A stretch of DNA of 64,000 nt from Guillardia theta CCMP2712 (taxonomy: Eukaryota; Protista; Cryptophyta): positions 590,181 through 654,180 of the forward strand of contig NW_005434659.1 of the NCBI RefSeq assembly GCF_000315625.1, in the 5' to 3' direction. The notes under the pieces were generated by a model. The model did no database searches. It saw only the letters and a list, made by a program, of their open reading frames with translations, and had not been told where the DNA came from. Of the stretch, positions 1 to 12,574 are shown one piece after another; the first letter of the stretch is position 1, and every line of letters starts with the position of its first letter. The translations under genes were made by a program, and so were the position numbers.

Positions 1-249
1 GGAAACCATTTATTCAATTTCAAAGCAACGGATGTCTTGAAAGTTTTGCAGCAGACGACTTTCCGGTGTCCCCCTTTTTCCTCAAGCGCTTCAACCCCCT
101 CCCTCCCTTCTCCCCCCCCCCCCCCCCCCTTCCATCCCCCATCCCCTCCTTACTCTCACCCGTGGGGCAGCAAGTATCCCAGTAGCGCGTCCAGCGATTC
201 TCCGGGGCTAAAGCGACTCCACACGCGTCCTAAATTCCCAGTCACCACA

Positions 250-3200
250 CTAGCAGCTCGAGAGGAGCTGGGGAGACGCCGAGGGGTCACCTGGACAAGC
301 TCCAGCTTGAGGCGGCCGGCGATTGTGCTCGCAGCTCCACAAGGATCCACTGACTGCCCAGTAGAAGTTGAGATGTCGATCGGAGCCCAGTGCCTCCTTT
401 CTCAAGCAGCCCCTGCTGCCTGTTCCTATCCCTTTCCCTCCGCTGCCTGGCACCTGCCGTGCCTCCGACGTGTTCGACACCAAACGCCATTCGCTTCCTA
501 GTTGAGACAAGCGGAGGATGCGATCGCCGACTCCTGCCTTTGCATCTGCATGTGGGAGCTGAGAAACGAGAGGCGCAACCCGGAACGTCTTGTTGGACGA
601 GTTCTGGATGACCTGCATTACCAGCCAGCTGGAGGTTTGAGGGTCCAGCACCTCCACCAGCAGCCCCTCCTGCACAAGCTTCACCTCACGAATCTTTCGC
701 ACTTCCATCCTCCGCCTTCTCGCTTGCGCCTCCAGGTTCGATGAGTACTTCGCCATGGCGAACCTGACAGCTGGAGACGAGCAGGACTCGTCGCACAGAA
801 AAGCCACGACCTTCCACCAAGCCCCCCGCGGGAGCTCCTTTCCCTCCTCCAGGTCAGACGCTAGTCCCCCCATCTCGTCAGCCACAAAGCTTCTGCGCAT
901 GAGACCTGCTGCGCGGGTCTGCCACGTGACGTTCTCGGAGGCTGAAGCAACAGGGCACTTCTCAGCACCTTCATTCTCCTCCTCCTGACTGTTAGCTCTG
1001 CTCTCCTCACTCCCTTCCTTTTGCTCTGCGCTGGTTTCGTTGAGAGGCGAGCAGAGGTCTAGCAGCCAGGCAACGACGGGAGCAGCCATGTCGGAAGAGA
1101 AGGAGGCAGCATCTTCCAGGGAGACGGAGGAGACGAAACGGAGCAACTCCTCGCCCTCGTTGCCCACGTCGAGCAAGGGAACAACCTGACTGAAGAAGGA
1201 AGTCGCCCTGAGCCAGTCGTCGGCCAGCCCAGCTATTTGCGAGCTGAAGCAGCAACCAGCAGGTGGAGAGACTTGTCTAGCTAAGCAGGAGGAGTTGTGA
1301 AGCACCAGAGGCTGATCGATGTCATCCAGCTGGACGTGATCGAGCTGCTGGGTCGAGCTCGACATCTTCAGTCTCTTGCTGCCCAGCTCTGCGCGGCGAA
1401 TTTTCTTTGCCTTCCCTCCATCAAGTGCCTTGAGCCGCTTGCTAGGCTTGAGCTTCTGCGACTCCCTTCTCTTTGTTCTGGTCATGTTGGCAGCAGAGCA
1501 TCGCTCACACGACCACACGTCCCTCTGCCATGCTGATCGGGGAAGAGGAATATCAGCAGGAATGCAAGACAGATGTAGCACGCGAGGGCAGGTGTCGCAG
1601 CAGACGACGAGCCCAAGCTTGCGGCACTTGGCGCAGTGTCGGTTGCTGTGCTTGGCCTCGATACGGAAGCGCTTTTCACGGAAGCGAGAGTACATTTCAG
1701 AGCGGTTGGAGGGGAACAAGTCGCTCTTCTCCCCGTTGATGGAAATCCATCCCATCCGCATCCACCTCACCTTGTACAAGTGCCGCTGAGTCGCCAGGTG
1801 CAGCCGCAGCCCCCGTGGGGACTCGTTGACAACCCGGCAGGGGCGACAGCCGTAGACAACCCTCTCTTCCATCCCGCTTCTCCCCTCCACCTCGTAAGCC
1901 CCGTAAATTTTCTCCCCCTCCACCTCTGCAGTGAGTGCTTCGATCCTCGCAATCTTCGCCTTGTGCTGCCCTATGTCCTTGTCGTCTTTGAGGCTGACCG
2001 ACTGGTTGCCTTCAAGCTCTTCGAGGGTGGCAGGATGAGAACGATCAGCTTGCTCATGGAGAAGATGCTGCACCGCCTCCCTCCTCTGAATCTCCGAGGA
2101 CAAGATCAGAAGCTCTTCCTCCCACTTTGGGCACACGACGGGCTTGCACATGGAAAGGTTGACGGGTTTAAGAGCCTCAGCTTCCTCCTGCCGCGACTTA
2201 GGGCTCTTGATGTCTTCAGCAACATCTGAATTCTTGAATCGCTCGCCCAACATCTCGTTGATCCCATCTTGGCTGCTGACATTCATCAGCCTGCAGAAGG
2301 CCAAGAGGTCGGCATGCTTCTGACTCTTTCTGTGCTCCTCCAGTTCTTCTCGACTGACTGATATCCCACACTCACATGACATGTTGACGAGCGACGTCGA
2401 CAATTCGGGTTCCCCAGAACTCTCCCTCACCCATGGAGCGATTCTGAGGCGCAAGTGAGATTCACAGAGCGCAGCGTCAACAGGAGGATCGGATCACCTG
2501 AACTTCTCTCCCTTCTTCGAGAGCATTGTGATGTTTCTCAACAAGTGCTCTTCCGCCTTGAGCGTTGTAAAGAATTCTTCTATGGCCTCGTCGGTCGACT
2601 TACTCGCCATGAAATTCTTTCGCTCCAGCCACGCGCCTGCAGCATCCATGATGGACTTCTTGTATATGTCGAGGACCCTGGGCTTATCCGCCAACAACTT
2701 GACCGCATTGCTGAACTTCAAGAAATTTGTGGATCGCGAGTCTAGTCCGTCGCTTTCTGCGGTGAAGTTGTGGAACTGAGTGACTAGAGACTTGAAGGGC
2801 TTGAAGTTTCGTTTGCTGGTGGAGATCAGCTCGAAGGTACCGAAGCAGATGGCCTGCTGGCGTCTCTTCTTCTCCTTCTTTACCTTGTCACTCGCTCGGA
2901 TCGTCACGGCTGGCCATGGTGGCAGCGAGTCCGTGAGGACCCAGGCGAACGAGCCCTTCCTCAAGGCGTCATCCTTGGGTGCTGCTGGAGGTCTGCTGAA
3001 CAGGTTGCGATCCACAGCGAGGAAGCAGCAAGGGTCAGCAGTGGGACAAGGCAAGAAGCACAAGGAGGCGTTGCTGAGATCAGAGCTGCCAACCCATGAT
3101 CTCAGTCGGCAGCTTCGGGAGGGTGTGCAGACTCGAGTCAAGTCAAGTTGCAATGGAGCAAGGATGAGACTGACAGCAAAGGACCTGAGCATGTCAGGAG

Positions 3201-3966
3201 ATCTTCTCATCTTATAGATAGAAAGAAGGTCCTTCCACCTCCCCCAGCCGACGATCTCCATACCTCTCAACACCTTGTATTTCTCCGAGCTAGAGAAAGG
3301 TTCCATCCTGGGTTCCAGTGCGGTCCTGGACTTCTTTGCCTTCTTCTTCAACTTCTTCGGCGGCGATTTAGACTGGGCCAGGGGAGACTGAGGTGCCTGC
3401 ACAAGCTTTCTGCTGCTTCCCATTGACTTCAAGAACCTCCACTGAGCGTCGAGGGCGGCTGGGTCACGGCCTTTGAGGAGGCATCCATATCCAGAGCTAT
3501 TCAGAATGGCATGCCAATTGGTTCCAAAAGTGCTTACCGCTCGAAAGAGAGCATCGTTCTCTACCATATTCCACGAGGAGGCCATAGGTTGTGAATGTGA
3601 ACTCTGCCACATGCTTTCCCGTGGATTGAAAAACCTCCTTTGGAACATTTGCAACCTCTCGTGTATGGAGGAGACATCGTTCTTCTGAGGCGATCGAAAC
3701 AAGTGCAGCGGTCGGAGATTCAGAGCGGCAGCTTCGTTCACATCCTCCCTTCCCTTCACTCGAAATCCTGCCAAGATCGAACTCGCTGGCTGCGATGCTG
3801 GAACCTGAATCTGCTGGGTTATTTCTGGAAGGAGAAAGCCAACTCCCGCGGGGTGAAGGTTGCAGGAAGGAAGCAGCAGTGTGAGGAGGAGGAGGAGGAG
3901 GTGAAGGTGAAGGGAGAGGTGACATGAGGCAGCAGGCGACGAACCCCCCCTCACCCTCCTCATCGC
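250..3966 (-). CDS. Multidomain chromatin protein: Myb/SANT repeats + C2H2 zinc fingers + PHD finger + WHIM/WSD-like motif (BAZ/ACF1-like C-terminal half)
   Basis: ORFs 2494..4110 and 250..2454 join in frame through a 54-nt GT-AG intron (2497-2444; ...TTC AG|A ATC). Motifs: Myb-like WNMVENDALFRAVSTFGTNWHAIL; SANT-like FSSSEKYKVLRGMEIVGWGRWKDL; C2H2 CECG..H..SQKH and CRPC..HLATQRH; PHD CAKC..LVVCCDTCPRVLHLSC..WSCERC; WSD-like LGSDRHLNFYW. The start and the 3' end are approximate. Confidence 0.75.
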
Positions 3967-4282
3967 ATTCCATCCATCATCCCGGCCATGCTTTTTTGTC
4001 TCTCCCTTTTTGCCCGTTAAATTCCGTTGCACCATATCGTTACACAGACCGTTTGAATAACCGTTACAGAAACGTTGCATTTGAGAGCTAAACACGATGG
4101 GGTGGGTCATACCAGTATAATATGAGGGGGTAGTCAGAGACTAAGTCAACCAAGAGACTGCCAGCTCGACAGTCCTGACCCCCACCCCCTAGATATGTTG
4201 TGGTATCCTCATACTACCCCCTGTCTACTATGGTCCAGTACCGGGTCCTTCACCACCCCCTTGGAGGCTAACTTCCTCTGCC

Positions 4283-6151
4283 ATGCGCGCGCTGCTGATC
4301 TTGCTGGTGGTGGGGTTGGTTGGGGTGAGCAGGGGACAAGAAGACGTGGACGAGCGAGACGTCATCGACTTGACTCCCTCCAACTTCGACCAGACCATCG
4401 CCAAGTACCCCAACATCCTCGTCGAATTCTACGCGCCGTGGTGCGGTGAGTGCCGAGGCTCTGTCGTCGCAAGTTTTGGAGCATGCTGAATGTTGTTACA
4501 GGACACTGCAAGCAGCTGAAGCCGCATTATGCGAAGGCGGCAACTAAGCTCAAGAAAGAACACCCAGAGGTTGCTCTGGCCAAGGTTGATGCTGGTGAGA
4601 GTCGTTGGTAAATTTAGGCTGTGCTCTTGACCTGGTCGCAATAGACGCGCACAAGGAACTCGGCACAAAGTTCGGAGTGCGCGGTTTCCCCACATTGAAG
4701 TGGTTTGTCAACGGTGAGCCAACCGACTACGAGGGAGGTAGAACAGATGATGCCATCGTGACGTGGATCAAGAAGCGCATGGGACCAGCAGCAGTGCAAC
4801 TGAACGAGACCTCACATCTTGATGACTTCAAGAACAAAGCCGAGGTGGTGGTTGTCGGGTTTTTGAACTCGAAGGAAGGAGATGCTTGGAAAGAGTTCGA
4901 GAAGGTTGCAAAGAAGATGGACGATGTTGAATTCGGAGTATCACATGAGAAAAGCGTGCACGAACATGCAAAGCAGAAGGGTGGAGATGTGGTATTGTAC
5001 AAGAAGTTTAGCGGAGATGCTGAGCACGAAGCTGTCGTGTACAGTGGTGCTATGAATGCAGCCGACATTGAAAGCTGGATTGGAATACATCAGTTGCCTT
5101 TTGTCGTTGAATTTTCTGCTGCAACTTCTGGCAAGATCTTTGGAAGCCCGATCAAGTCGCAAGTTCTTCTCTTTTGCGACGTTGGATCTTCATCTTGCGA
5201 AGAAGCAATCAAGACTTTCAAGGAAAATGCTAAGGCGAACTATGGAAAGATTATTGCAGTTCTGGTCAGAAACGAGAACGACAATGTCTTGAACTACTTC
5301 GGAGTAGACAAAGAGGAGACTCCTTGCGTGTTTATCGCCAAGAGTCCTTCACCAGGCGAGAAAGGAATGTCCAAGTATAAGGGTCCAACCAAGGATACCT
5401 TGACGAAAGATGGAGAACTAGCGAAGTTCTTGAGCAGTTATCTCAACGGAGAGTTGAAGCCGCACAGGAAGTCCGAGAAGCTTCCCGCTAACGTGGTTGA
5501 TGAGCATGGAGTGACTACTCTCGTCGGGGCCAACTTTGATGAGATTGTCATGGATCCCTCTAAGGACGTGCTTGTCGAATTTTATGCCCCCTGGTTCAAT
5601 CGCAATTGTCTTGGAAAGCTATAGCTGAGTTTGAGCAGGTGCGGTCATTGCAAACAACTGGCACCCATCTATGATAAGCTCGGCAAAGAGTTTCAAGATA
5701 TCGACAGGTTTCAGTCTCATTGTGTACAAGATCGATTCTGATATTTCGTGTAGTGTCGTGATTGCAAAGATGGATGCAACAGCAAACGATCCTCCATCGA
5801 ATATCGACGTGCAGGTGAAATTTGGATGAGTCTGCTTGCATTTCGTTTTCGTTGTCTTGAGCAGCCGATAATTTCTTTCTTGATAATAGGGATTCCCAAC
5901 TATAAAGTTCTTCAAAGCCACTGATAAAACCTCAATGGATTACAACGGCGATAGGTGTGCGAGGACGTGTCTTCCTCTTTCAAAATCTCAAGCTTTCGCG
6001 CAGGACTGTGAAGGGATTCCGAAAATTTATCAAGCAGAATGCCGGTATGTTTGCTATGTTTTGACATTTTGTGGTGGCTAAAAGGGCTGAAGGTACCAAC
6101 TTCGAGCTTAAGAAGAAGGGAAAGAAGAAGGCAGCTGAGAAGGAGCTCTAG
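4283..6151 (+). CDS. PDI: Protein disulfide isomerase (a-b-b'-a')
   Basis: Signal peptide [18 protein letters not shown]. Two [11 protein letters not shown] active sites, each split by an intron (near 4446-4501 and 5595-5638). GFPTLKWF and GFPTIKFF motifs. C-terminus ...KAAEKEL* is ER-retention-like. Confidence 0.95.
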
Positions 6152-6226
6152 AGTTGGACGATGGTGGTTTTGTAGTATGCACACTTTATAAGGTGAGAGC
6201 ATGACCACAAATTGTGGTGTCCAAAT

Positions 6227-7496
6227 TTATTGAAAGAAAGAAAAAGGATTGGGAAAGCCACCAGAGCTTTCTGTTGCCTCCTGCAATACATCCAGAGTCA
6301 TCAAGACGGACAACGAACAGAAATCCTACCTTCTCCTTGCGCAGGGCAACGTCTATAACTTCCGTAGACGGCTGTGATCGAGTCATTCAGCGTGCAAGTG
6401 CCTGCGCTTATGCACCTTCTGCGAGCTTCTATACAGAACCTTCGGGGGTCCAATTTTGCGCGGCATGGCGACAACCCAATCACCCTACAGCAGTCAACAC
6501 AAAGTGCACTTGTGAGGCAAATCACCGGGAAGGCACGAAAGAGAACGCCTCCGTTCCAACTCGGGGACGGCGACGGCCTAAGATGGTACACGCGCTCGAA
6601 TTCGTTGAGGAAAAAGTTGCGCTTGGATATGTTAGCATGGATTGCAGGAAGAGAAAGGGAAGCAAGAGGAATGAAAAGGGGGAGGGAGAAGAGGGGAGGG
6701 AGGAGGAAGAAGGAGTCAAACTCACCTGCGACTCACTCTCATAATTCAATTCGTCAAGACGAGCGTTGGCAAGGATGACAAGACAGCCCATTCCAACCTC
6801 CGAGCAGATCTGCTCGAGCGCCTTTAGATCTTTGACACTGGGGCTGACGACGATAAGAACTTCAGTTCCTTCAGGTATCGCACTGGTCTTGGCCTTCACA
6901 GCAGTTCCCTTCACACTCGCTCCGAACCCTCCTCCTCCCGCTCTTGCCGGTCTCTTGTTCTGCTTGGAGTCCAACACGATGACCTTCCCAGCAAACGCTC
7001 CTGCCCATCTCTTCGTCGCCTTGTTTGCCTGAGGTGAGTCCATGAAAGCAACAACAAGATTCTGTTCTATCTCTGTTCCCCTGAACATCTCCACCATTGC
7101 TCGCGCCAGCTCTCGATCTGACGCTTGAGCATCATCCTGCATTACCATAGGAACCTCGGAGTCTGTCGCTGTTTTTCTTCCTTCCACTCCGATGTTGGAT
7201 CCGTAGGGAAACTCAATGTCCATCCTACTGCATTTGCTTGACAGAGCTGCCTGCATTGCGTCTCGAAGCTGCTGCAATGAGTCTTTGATGTTCTTCGGCA
7301 AGTTTTCGGACATGTACACTCGGGTGAATGAACGTTGAGGGGTGGGGAGAGGAGGATATTGGTAGTATGAGCTTACGGAGTGGAAGCGAGTGAGGAGACA
7401 AGGCTTGAGGAGTTGAGGGATGAAGCCTCTCACGTGGGTACAGACCGACAGCATGACTAGGAGCCAGCGCATGACGGCCGCCATTTTCTGCATTGA
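6227..7496 (-). CDS. Plastid-targeted DUF1995 (LPA3-like) protein
   Basis: Signal peptide ending VRG-F, then an S/T/R-rich transit peptide. Family-like motifs QAALSSKCSRMDIEFP, LVILANARLD, FERVYHLRP and GGVLFRAFPGDW; the 3' exons were read across short introns. Confidence 0.75.
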
Positions 7497-7588
7497 GGCG
7501 ATCAGCTTGTAGAGTTTCCCCAAACTGAATTAGCCGGGCTCACTTTTTACAAGGGGCTACCAAACCCAGTCCAGAACTAAACGAGAAG

Positions 7589-9927
7589 ATGGAAATGTCC
7601 AGACAACAGATGCTCTGGTGTAGCGGTATGACGATATGCTCTAGTATAGCGGTATGACGATATGCTCTAGTATAGCGGTATGACGATATGCTCTAGTGTA
7701 GCGGTATGACGATATGCTCTAGTATAGCGGTATGACGATATGCTCTAGTGTAGCGGTATGACGATATGCTCTAGTGTAGCGGTATGACGATATGCTCTAG
7801 TGTAGCGGTATGACGATATGCTCTAGTGTAGCGGTATGACGATATGCTCTAGTGTAGCGGTATGACGATATGCTCTAGTGTAGCGGTATGACGATATGCT
7901 CTAGTGTAGCGGTATGACGATATGCTCTAGTGTAGCGGTATGACGATATGCTCTAGTGTAGCGGTATGACGATATGCTCTAGTGTAGCGGTATGACGATA
8001 TGCTCTAGTGTAGCGGTATGACGATATGCTCTAGTGTAGCGGTATGACGATATGCTCTAGTGTAGCGGTATGACGATATGCTCTAGTGTAGCGGTATGAC
8101 GATATGCTCTAGTGTAGCGGTATGACGATATGCTCTAGTGTAGCGGTATGACGATATGCTCTAGTGTAGCGGTATGACGATATGCTCTAGTGTAGCGGTA
8201 TGACGATATGCTCTAGTGTAGCGGTATGACGATATGCTCTAGTGTAGTCGTATGACGATATGGCAGCTCGAACTATGCTTGAGGATCAAGCATATTTTTT
8301 GATTAAATCTTTACTGCCAAATGAATCATGTGGAAAGAGGCAGTGAAGATGTGTTCACTCGTGGCTGGATGCAGGGGCTCTACGGAATGGCAGAAGAATT
8401 CTCATCGTTGGAGGTTCACTGTCAATCAATCAAGTGATAACTGGTGGCTTGACCACTTTTCAGGCTGAGCTCTTGGACGCTGCAAGGGCGGGAAACGAGG
8501 AATATATAGTTGCGCTGCTGAAGGACGTCGGGAAGGTAAGCTTTAGGAACGGGCATGACTCGCACTGACGTATTTGCAGTTGCATCACTTATGGCAGGTA
8601 AATAACCCTCGTTTGTCTCAGAATGTAGGTGACAGTTTGAAGCCAAACGGAATTCAACGAGCAGCCATTGACAAGGCAGCACAAGAGTATGCGAGAGGCT
8701 CCTGCTGTTGCTGGGCTGAGACTCCAGGCAGAGTTCTGGGACGAAAGAGGGAAGAAGGAGAAGTTGACGACATGCGGGTATTCCTGCACGTCAAATTCGC
8801 TGACTCTGAACTCGGAGCATCTGCCAGGAGACTTCCGTAGGCAGTACGAAAACAGGCGAGCGAGAGAGGCTCCTCAAGGGCTACATGGTCTCCTCAGTGA
8901 ACGAATGGGGAGCAGATCAGACCAGAATCCTCTTGGTGGGTGGATGCAAGCGAGGCTCTCCCCCCTCGCTCATGAGCTCCTGTGATGTTTGCGATCAGTT
9001 GACCAATCAAGCGATACATCGAGTCAAGTTCGATTTTCACCGCGACAAGGTGGTCAAGTGGCATACTGATAGGTTCGACGAGATTCTCAGAGTATAGTAT
9101 TACTTGTGTGGTGCAGGGCAAACAAGTGATCATGCTTCAGGTGGAGTATGGCAACTTTCAGGCAGCCAGCTCATCCTTGACTACAATGTTTCTCCGCCAC
9201 GAGATCGAAGACCAGCAAGGGTTGTCATGCTTTATATTTCCTCTGTGATCAAGCTTTTCTAGTTTCCGAATATTTACTGTGAAAAGAGATGGAAAACCAA
9301 GTATCAACGATGTACGTGGTTTGCTGCTGATCATGAATGATGTGTGACAGACTGTCTCAGATTGTTGCTGAAGAACGGTGACGACGCGTCTCACATGCTA
9401 TCTCCTCATTATGGTTTAGGGCGGGTAAAGCACAAGACTCGCTCACGCCCATGGAATATTTTCGTAACCCAACGAGATCTTCCCTTGAATTCAAACTGAA
9501 AGTCGTTCAGGTGAATATCGAGCCTTGCTGGCGGAGTCGGAGCCCTGGAAGGTCATCAGGTAGAAGGAGCATTGGCGACCACTCACTAAGATCTCAGGAA
9601 GAAGTCTTTATGCTTGAGTTCATCGCCGCTTTGCAGGTCAGAGTCTCCACTCTCAGTCAAAATGTTCACAAGCCTGGCGCAGGCAGTGAAGGTGTTGAGG
9701 AAGGCAAAGTTTGAGGTCCGCCTCGCCAAGGTTGGGCAGTCGCGATAGGAGGCGGGGGCATGAGCTTACCTGCAGATGATCAAGTCGATGCCCGGGGGAT
9801 TCTTCTCTGTGCTGCATAATTTGAACCGAAGGTCAGTGACTCGGAGGCTCCACAGCCGCCACATGCTGAGACTCAGGCTTACTGAGCTCTGCCCGACCCT
9901 CTCAGGCGACAACATGGCTCCTGCTGA
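7589..9927 (+). CDS. hSac2-domain / TPRG1-like protein (many small exons)
   Basis: Spliced exons give GYMVSSVNEWGADQTRILL-LTNQAIHRVKFDF..FDEILR-VEYGNF, matching the hSac2/TPRG1 pattern (D/NxWxxxxERILLxTxxxxxxxKYDF), plus a C-terminal GFFSVLHN. The first exon MEMSRQQMLWCS is inferred. Confidence 0.6.
7608..8262 (+). repeat. Tandem minisatellite, 26-bp unit (GTATGACGATATGCTCTAGTGTAGCG) x ~25
   Basis: Near-identical head-to-tail copies with no spacers; a few TAT/TGT variants at the 5' end. Confidence 0.97.
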
Positions 9928-10313
9928 AGCCTCCTGTCGATTCTTAAGTTCGCGCAATGAAGCATTCATGACATCCACTCTGTCCGATCATGATGGTAGT
10001 AGACTCAGTACGGCGCTGGGTAGTCACGAGTCAAGGGGGAATCCGGGAGGACTGCCGGGAGGAGGCAGTCATCATTGCACAGGCTGAATTAATCATCCTT
10101 CAACCTGGTCGCCGCCTTGCTGCCATGGCGATTTCCTGCAAACTCACCCACCCCCTCTCGAAAAGGTACCCCTCAAATATCATACAAATATACCGGTACT
10201 AGACCTTTTTATTGCGAGTTCCACCTCCGTGACCTGAGCCTGAGGCAGGCCTGAGGCCCCGGGTCAGCGAATGGGGGGATGAGGGCACAGCGCCGGATTT
10301 AGCAAGGAGGGCA

Positions 10314-10790
10314 ATGTGGACGAGCTTGTATGTTGCGCCGGCGGCGTTGGGGGACTACTGCGACTCTAGCGGATGCTTGCCTGGGCAAGTTCCTCTCCCA
10401 GGCCTGAAAGCCACAGGAGTTCTTGATAAGCAAGCCACCTCCACTATGCAGCAGGTGAGCTTTGAGACCAAGACGGTGGAGACGATTCGAGAGGTTCATT
10501 AAGAAAATCTTGGGATGTTGCGTATTTAAAGTTATCTTACCACCTCAAGAGTTTGTAGGGGCTCTTGAAACCATATTAGGGATGATTTGCTTGATGTAGG
10601 AGTGTTCTTTGTTTAATCGGTTGTACCTCCTCCTTTTCAAATCTTTTTGCGATGCTCGTGTTCACTTCGTGCTGATCTGCGTTTCAGGTTTTGCAACTGG
10701 CTCGTGCTTGCAAACGAGGTGAGGCTCCGACGAGCGAATGCACATAGATTTTATCTTGCAGCTCTTGCGAACATGATATGTTTCCTTAGG
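10314..10790 (+). CDS. Small hypothetical multi-exon gene
   Basis: Exon MWTSLYVAP...TMQQ followed by a CAG|GTGAGC donor; downstream exons unresolved. Confidence 0.3.
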
Positions 10791-10917
10791 ATATTTTAAA
10801 CATTTTAGTTGACTCATCAATTTTTCCCGTAAGAAGGAATTTTATTTTGCTCATGACGCAAACATGTAAAACTTGACATGATTGCTTAACCACCATGCCT
10901 TGTCTCTGCCCCTTCTC

Positions 10918-11891
10918 TCACTTGGCCTTGCTACTTTCAGCGTTCTTGGATGCTGCTGTTCTGATGACAATCTTCACTATCTTCCAGAACCAGAAAAGGT
11001 TCAGTCCTCGACTGCCATGTCTTACTGGTCGGCTGTAAGGCATTCCAAATCACCTCAGAGTGCAGGCAGCAAGCTGGGCTGTGAGGTGAACTTGACGGAG
11101 GCGACTGGGCTGGCTAAGAATGTATTCGGGAAGCATCCACAATCCTGATGCCCAAACCAACCCTGTATGCAATCAATCCAGAGAGCGAGCGAGTGAAGTT
11201 ACCGGTTCCAACGAGGATGCGAGACACAAAAAACAGGATTGCGAACAAAATCTGAGAGATTTGATAAACTGCTCCATTCTTTTGATGTCTGAACCTGACA
11301 GAAGAAGGGATAAGTCGCATATTTCGAAGAGATGCAGCAGCAGAATTCGAGATAGAAACAAATGCAAAAAAGAATTACTGCCATCGAAGGTTTAGAAATG
11401 GGGTAGAAAGTTCCTCAATTATGAAGAGAAAATGGTAAGGAGTACAGCATCTGTTGCTAGGTTACAATCACACAAGCACATTCATTAAACCTGTCGAGAA
11501 GCCCGAGAATGAAGAAGCCTCCGATGATGATATGGTGAGCAATCATATCAGCTCCACCAACCGATGGGTGCATCATGATGAGCACGAAGTCGTTCACGAA
11601 GTAGCCCACCGAGAAAGCTACTGTACACCTCATCCACGATGCCAGCAAACCATCCGGCCCTTCAACCATGAACTTAGGAGAAAATACGTCCACCTCGTTG
11701 GTTGCCCAGTAGATCAGACAGCTTGTGATGGTTACGGCACAGTGGATGTGCGAAAGATAGCAGGACTTGAGCCGCGGCGCATCCTCCCCCCTTTCCGGGA
11801 GAACCCAGTACAACAATTGATTCAAGAGGAAGGATCCGTAGAAAGTAGCAAACTCGCTGTAATCTTGCAACATGCTCAAAGCACCTTCCAT
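10918..11891 (-). CDS. TLC (TRAM/LAG1/CLN8) domain membrane protein, TMEM56/TLCD-like
   Basis: YLSHIHCA, SVGYFVNDF, MIAHH, EELSTPFLNLRW, LFFVSRI and LNLFWFWKI across spliced exons. Confidence 0.85.
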
Positions 11892-12154
11892 TTTGTCTGG
11901 ATTAAGATCTCAACCGAGTTGGAACAAGAAGCTGAAAGTTTCCTTGTAAATCAATGTCTTGTCACCTTTTGGCTCATGGCATATCGAAAGGATAGATGTT
12001 GGTCTGATTTAGCACAATGTCGGCTGATACCTGCTACTTATCTTCATCATCAGCAATAGTGCTAGCAGGTAGAACTAGCAAGTCGACCTCTTGTCTGCAA
12101 GGGACTCTTCGAAATTGACCATCTACCTCTAGCTATTCTTCAACCTCCTTTTCC

Positions 12155-12461
12155 CCCTCCCTCCCTCGCTCCCTCGCTCCCTCGCTCCCTCGCTCCCTCG
12201 CTCCCTCCCTCGCTCCCTCGCTCCCTCGCTCCCTCGCTCCCTCGCTCCCTCCCTCGCTCCCTCCCTCGCTCCCTCGCTCCCTCCCTCGCTCCCTCCCTCG
12301 CTCCCTCCCTCGCTCCCTCGCTCCCTCGCTCCCTCCCTCGCTCCCTCCCTCGCTCCCTCCCTCGCTCCCTCGCTCCCTCCCTCCCTCCCTCCCTCCCTCG
12401 CTCCCTCGCTCCCTCGCTCCCTCGCTCCCTCCCTCCCTCCCTCCCTCGCTCCCTCGCTCCC
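12155..12461. repeat. Compound microsatellite (CTCCCTCG)n/(CCCT)n
   Basis: Directly visible; intergenic. Confidence 0.95.
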
Positions 12462-12574
12462 CCATCTCTTCTTGCCTCGCATTTTTTTACCCCTAGGCTT
12501 TGTTTGCCTACCCCACCCCCAACATTCTCTTGGCCCACACCCACTCTAAGCGAGTTACGGGCTTGCGGGCGGGA

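Noticed and set aside
7608-8262. CRISPR array (also considered for 18252-18520 and 25301-25527)
   Set aside because: Units are head-to-tail with no unique spacers, there are no cas genes, and the context is eukaryotic.
8464-8535. Ankyrin repeat (ELLDAARAGNEEYIVALL) as a separate domain call
   Set aside because: Only one partial repeat is visible, which is insufficient.
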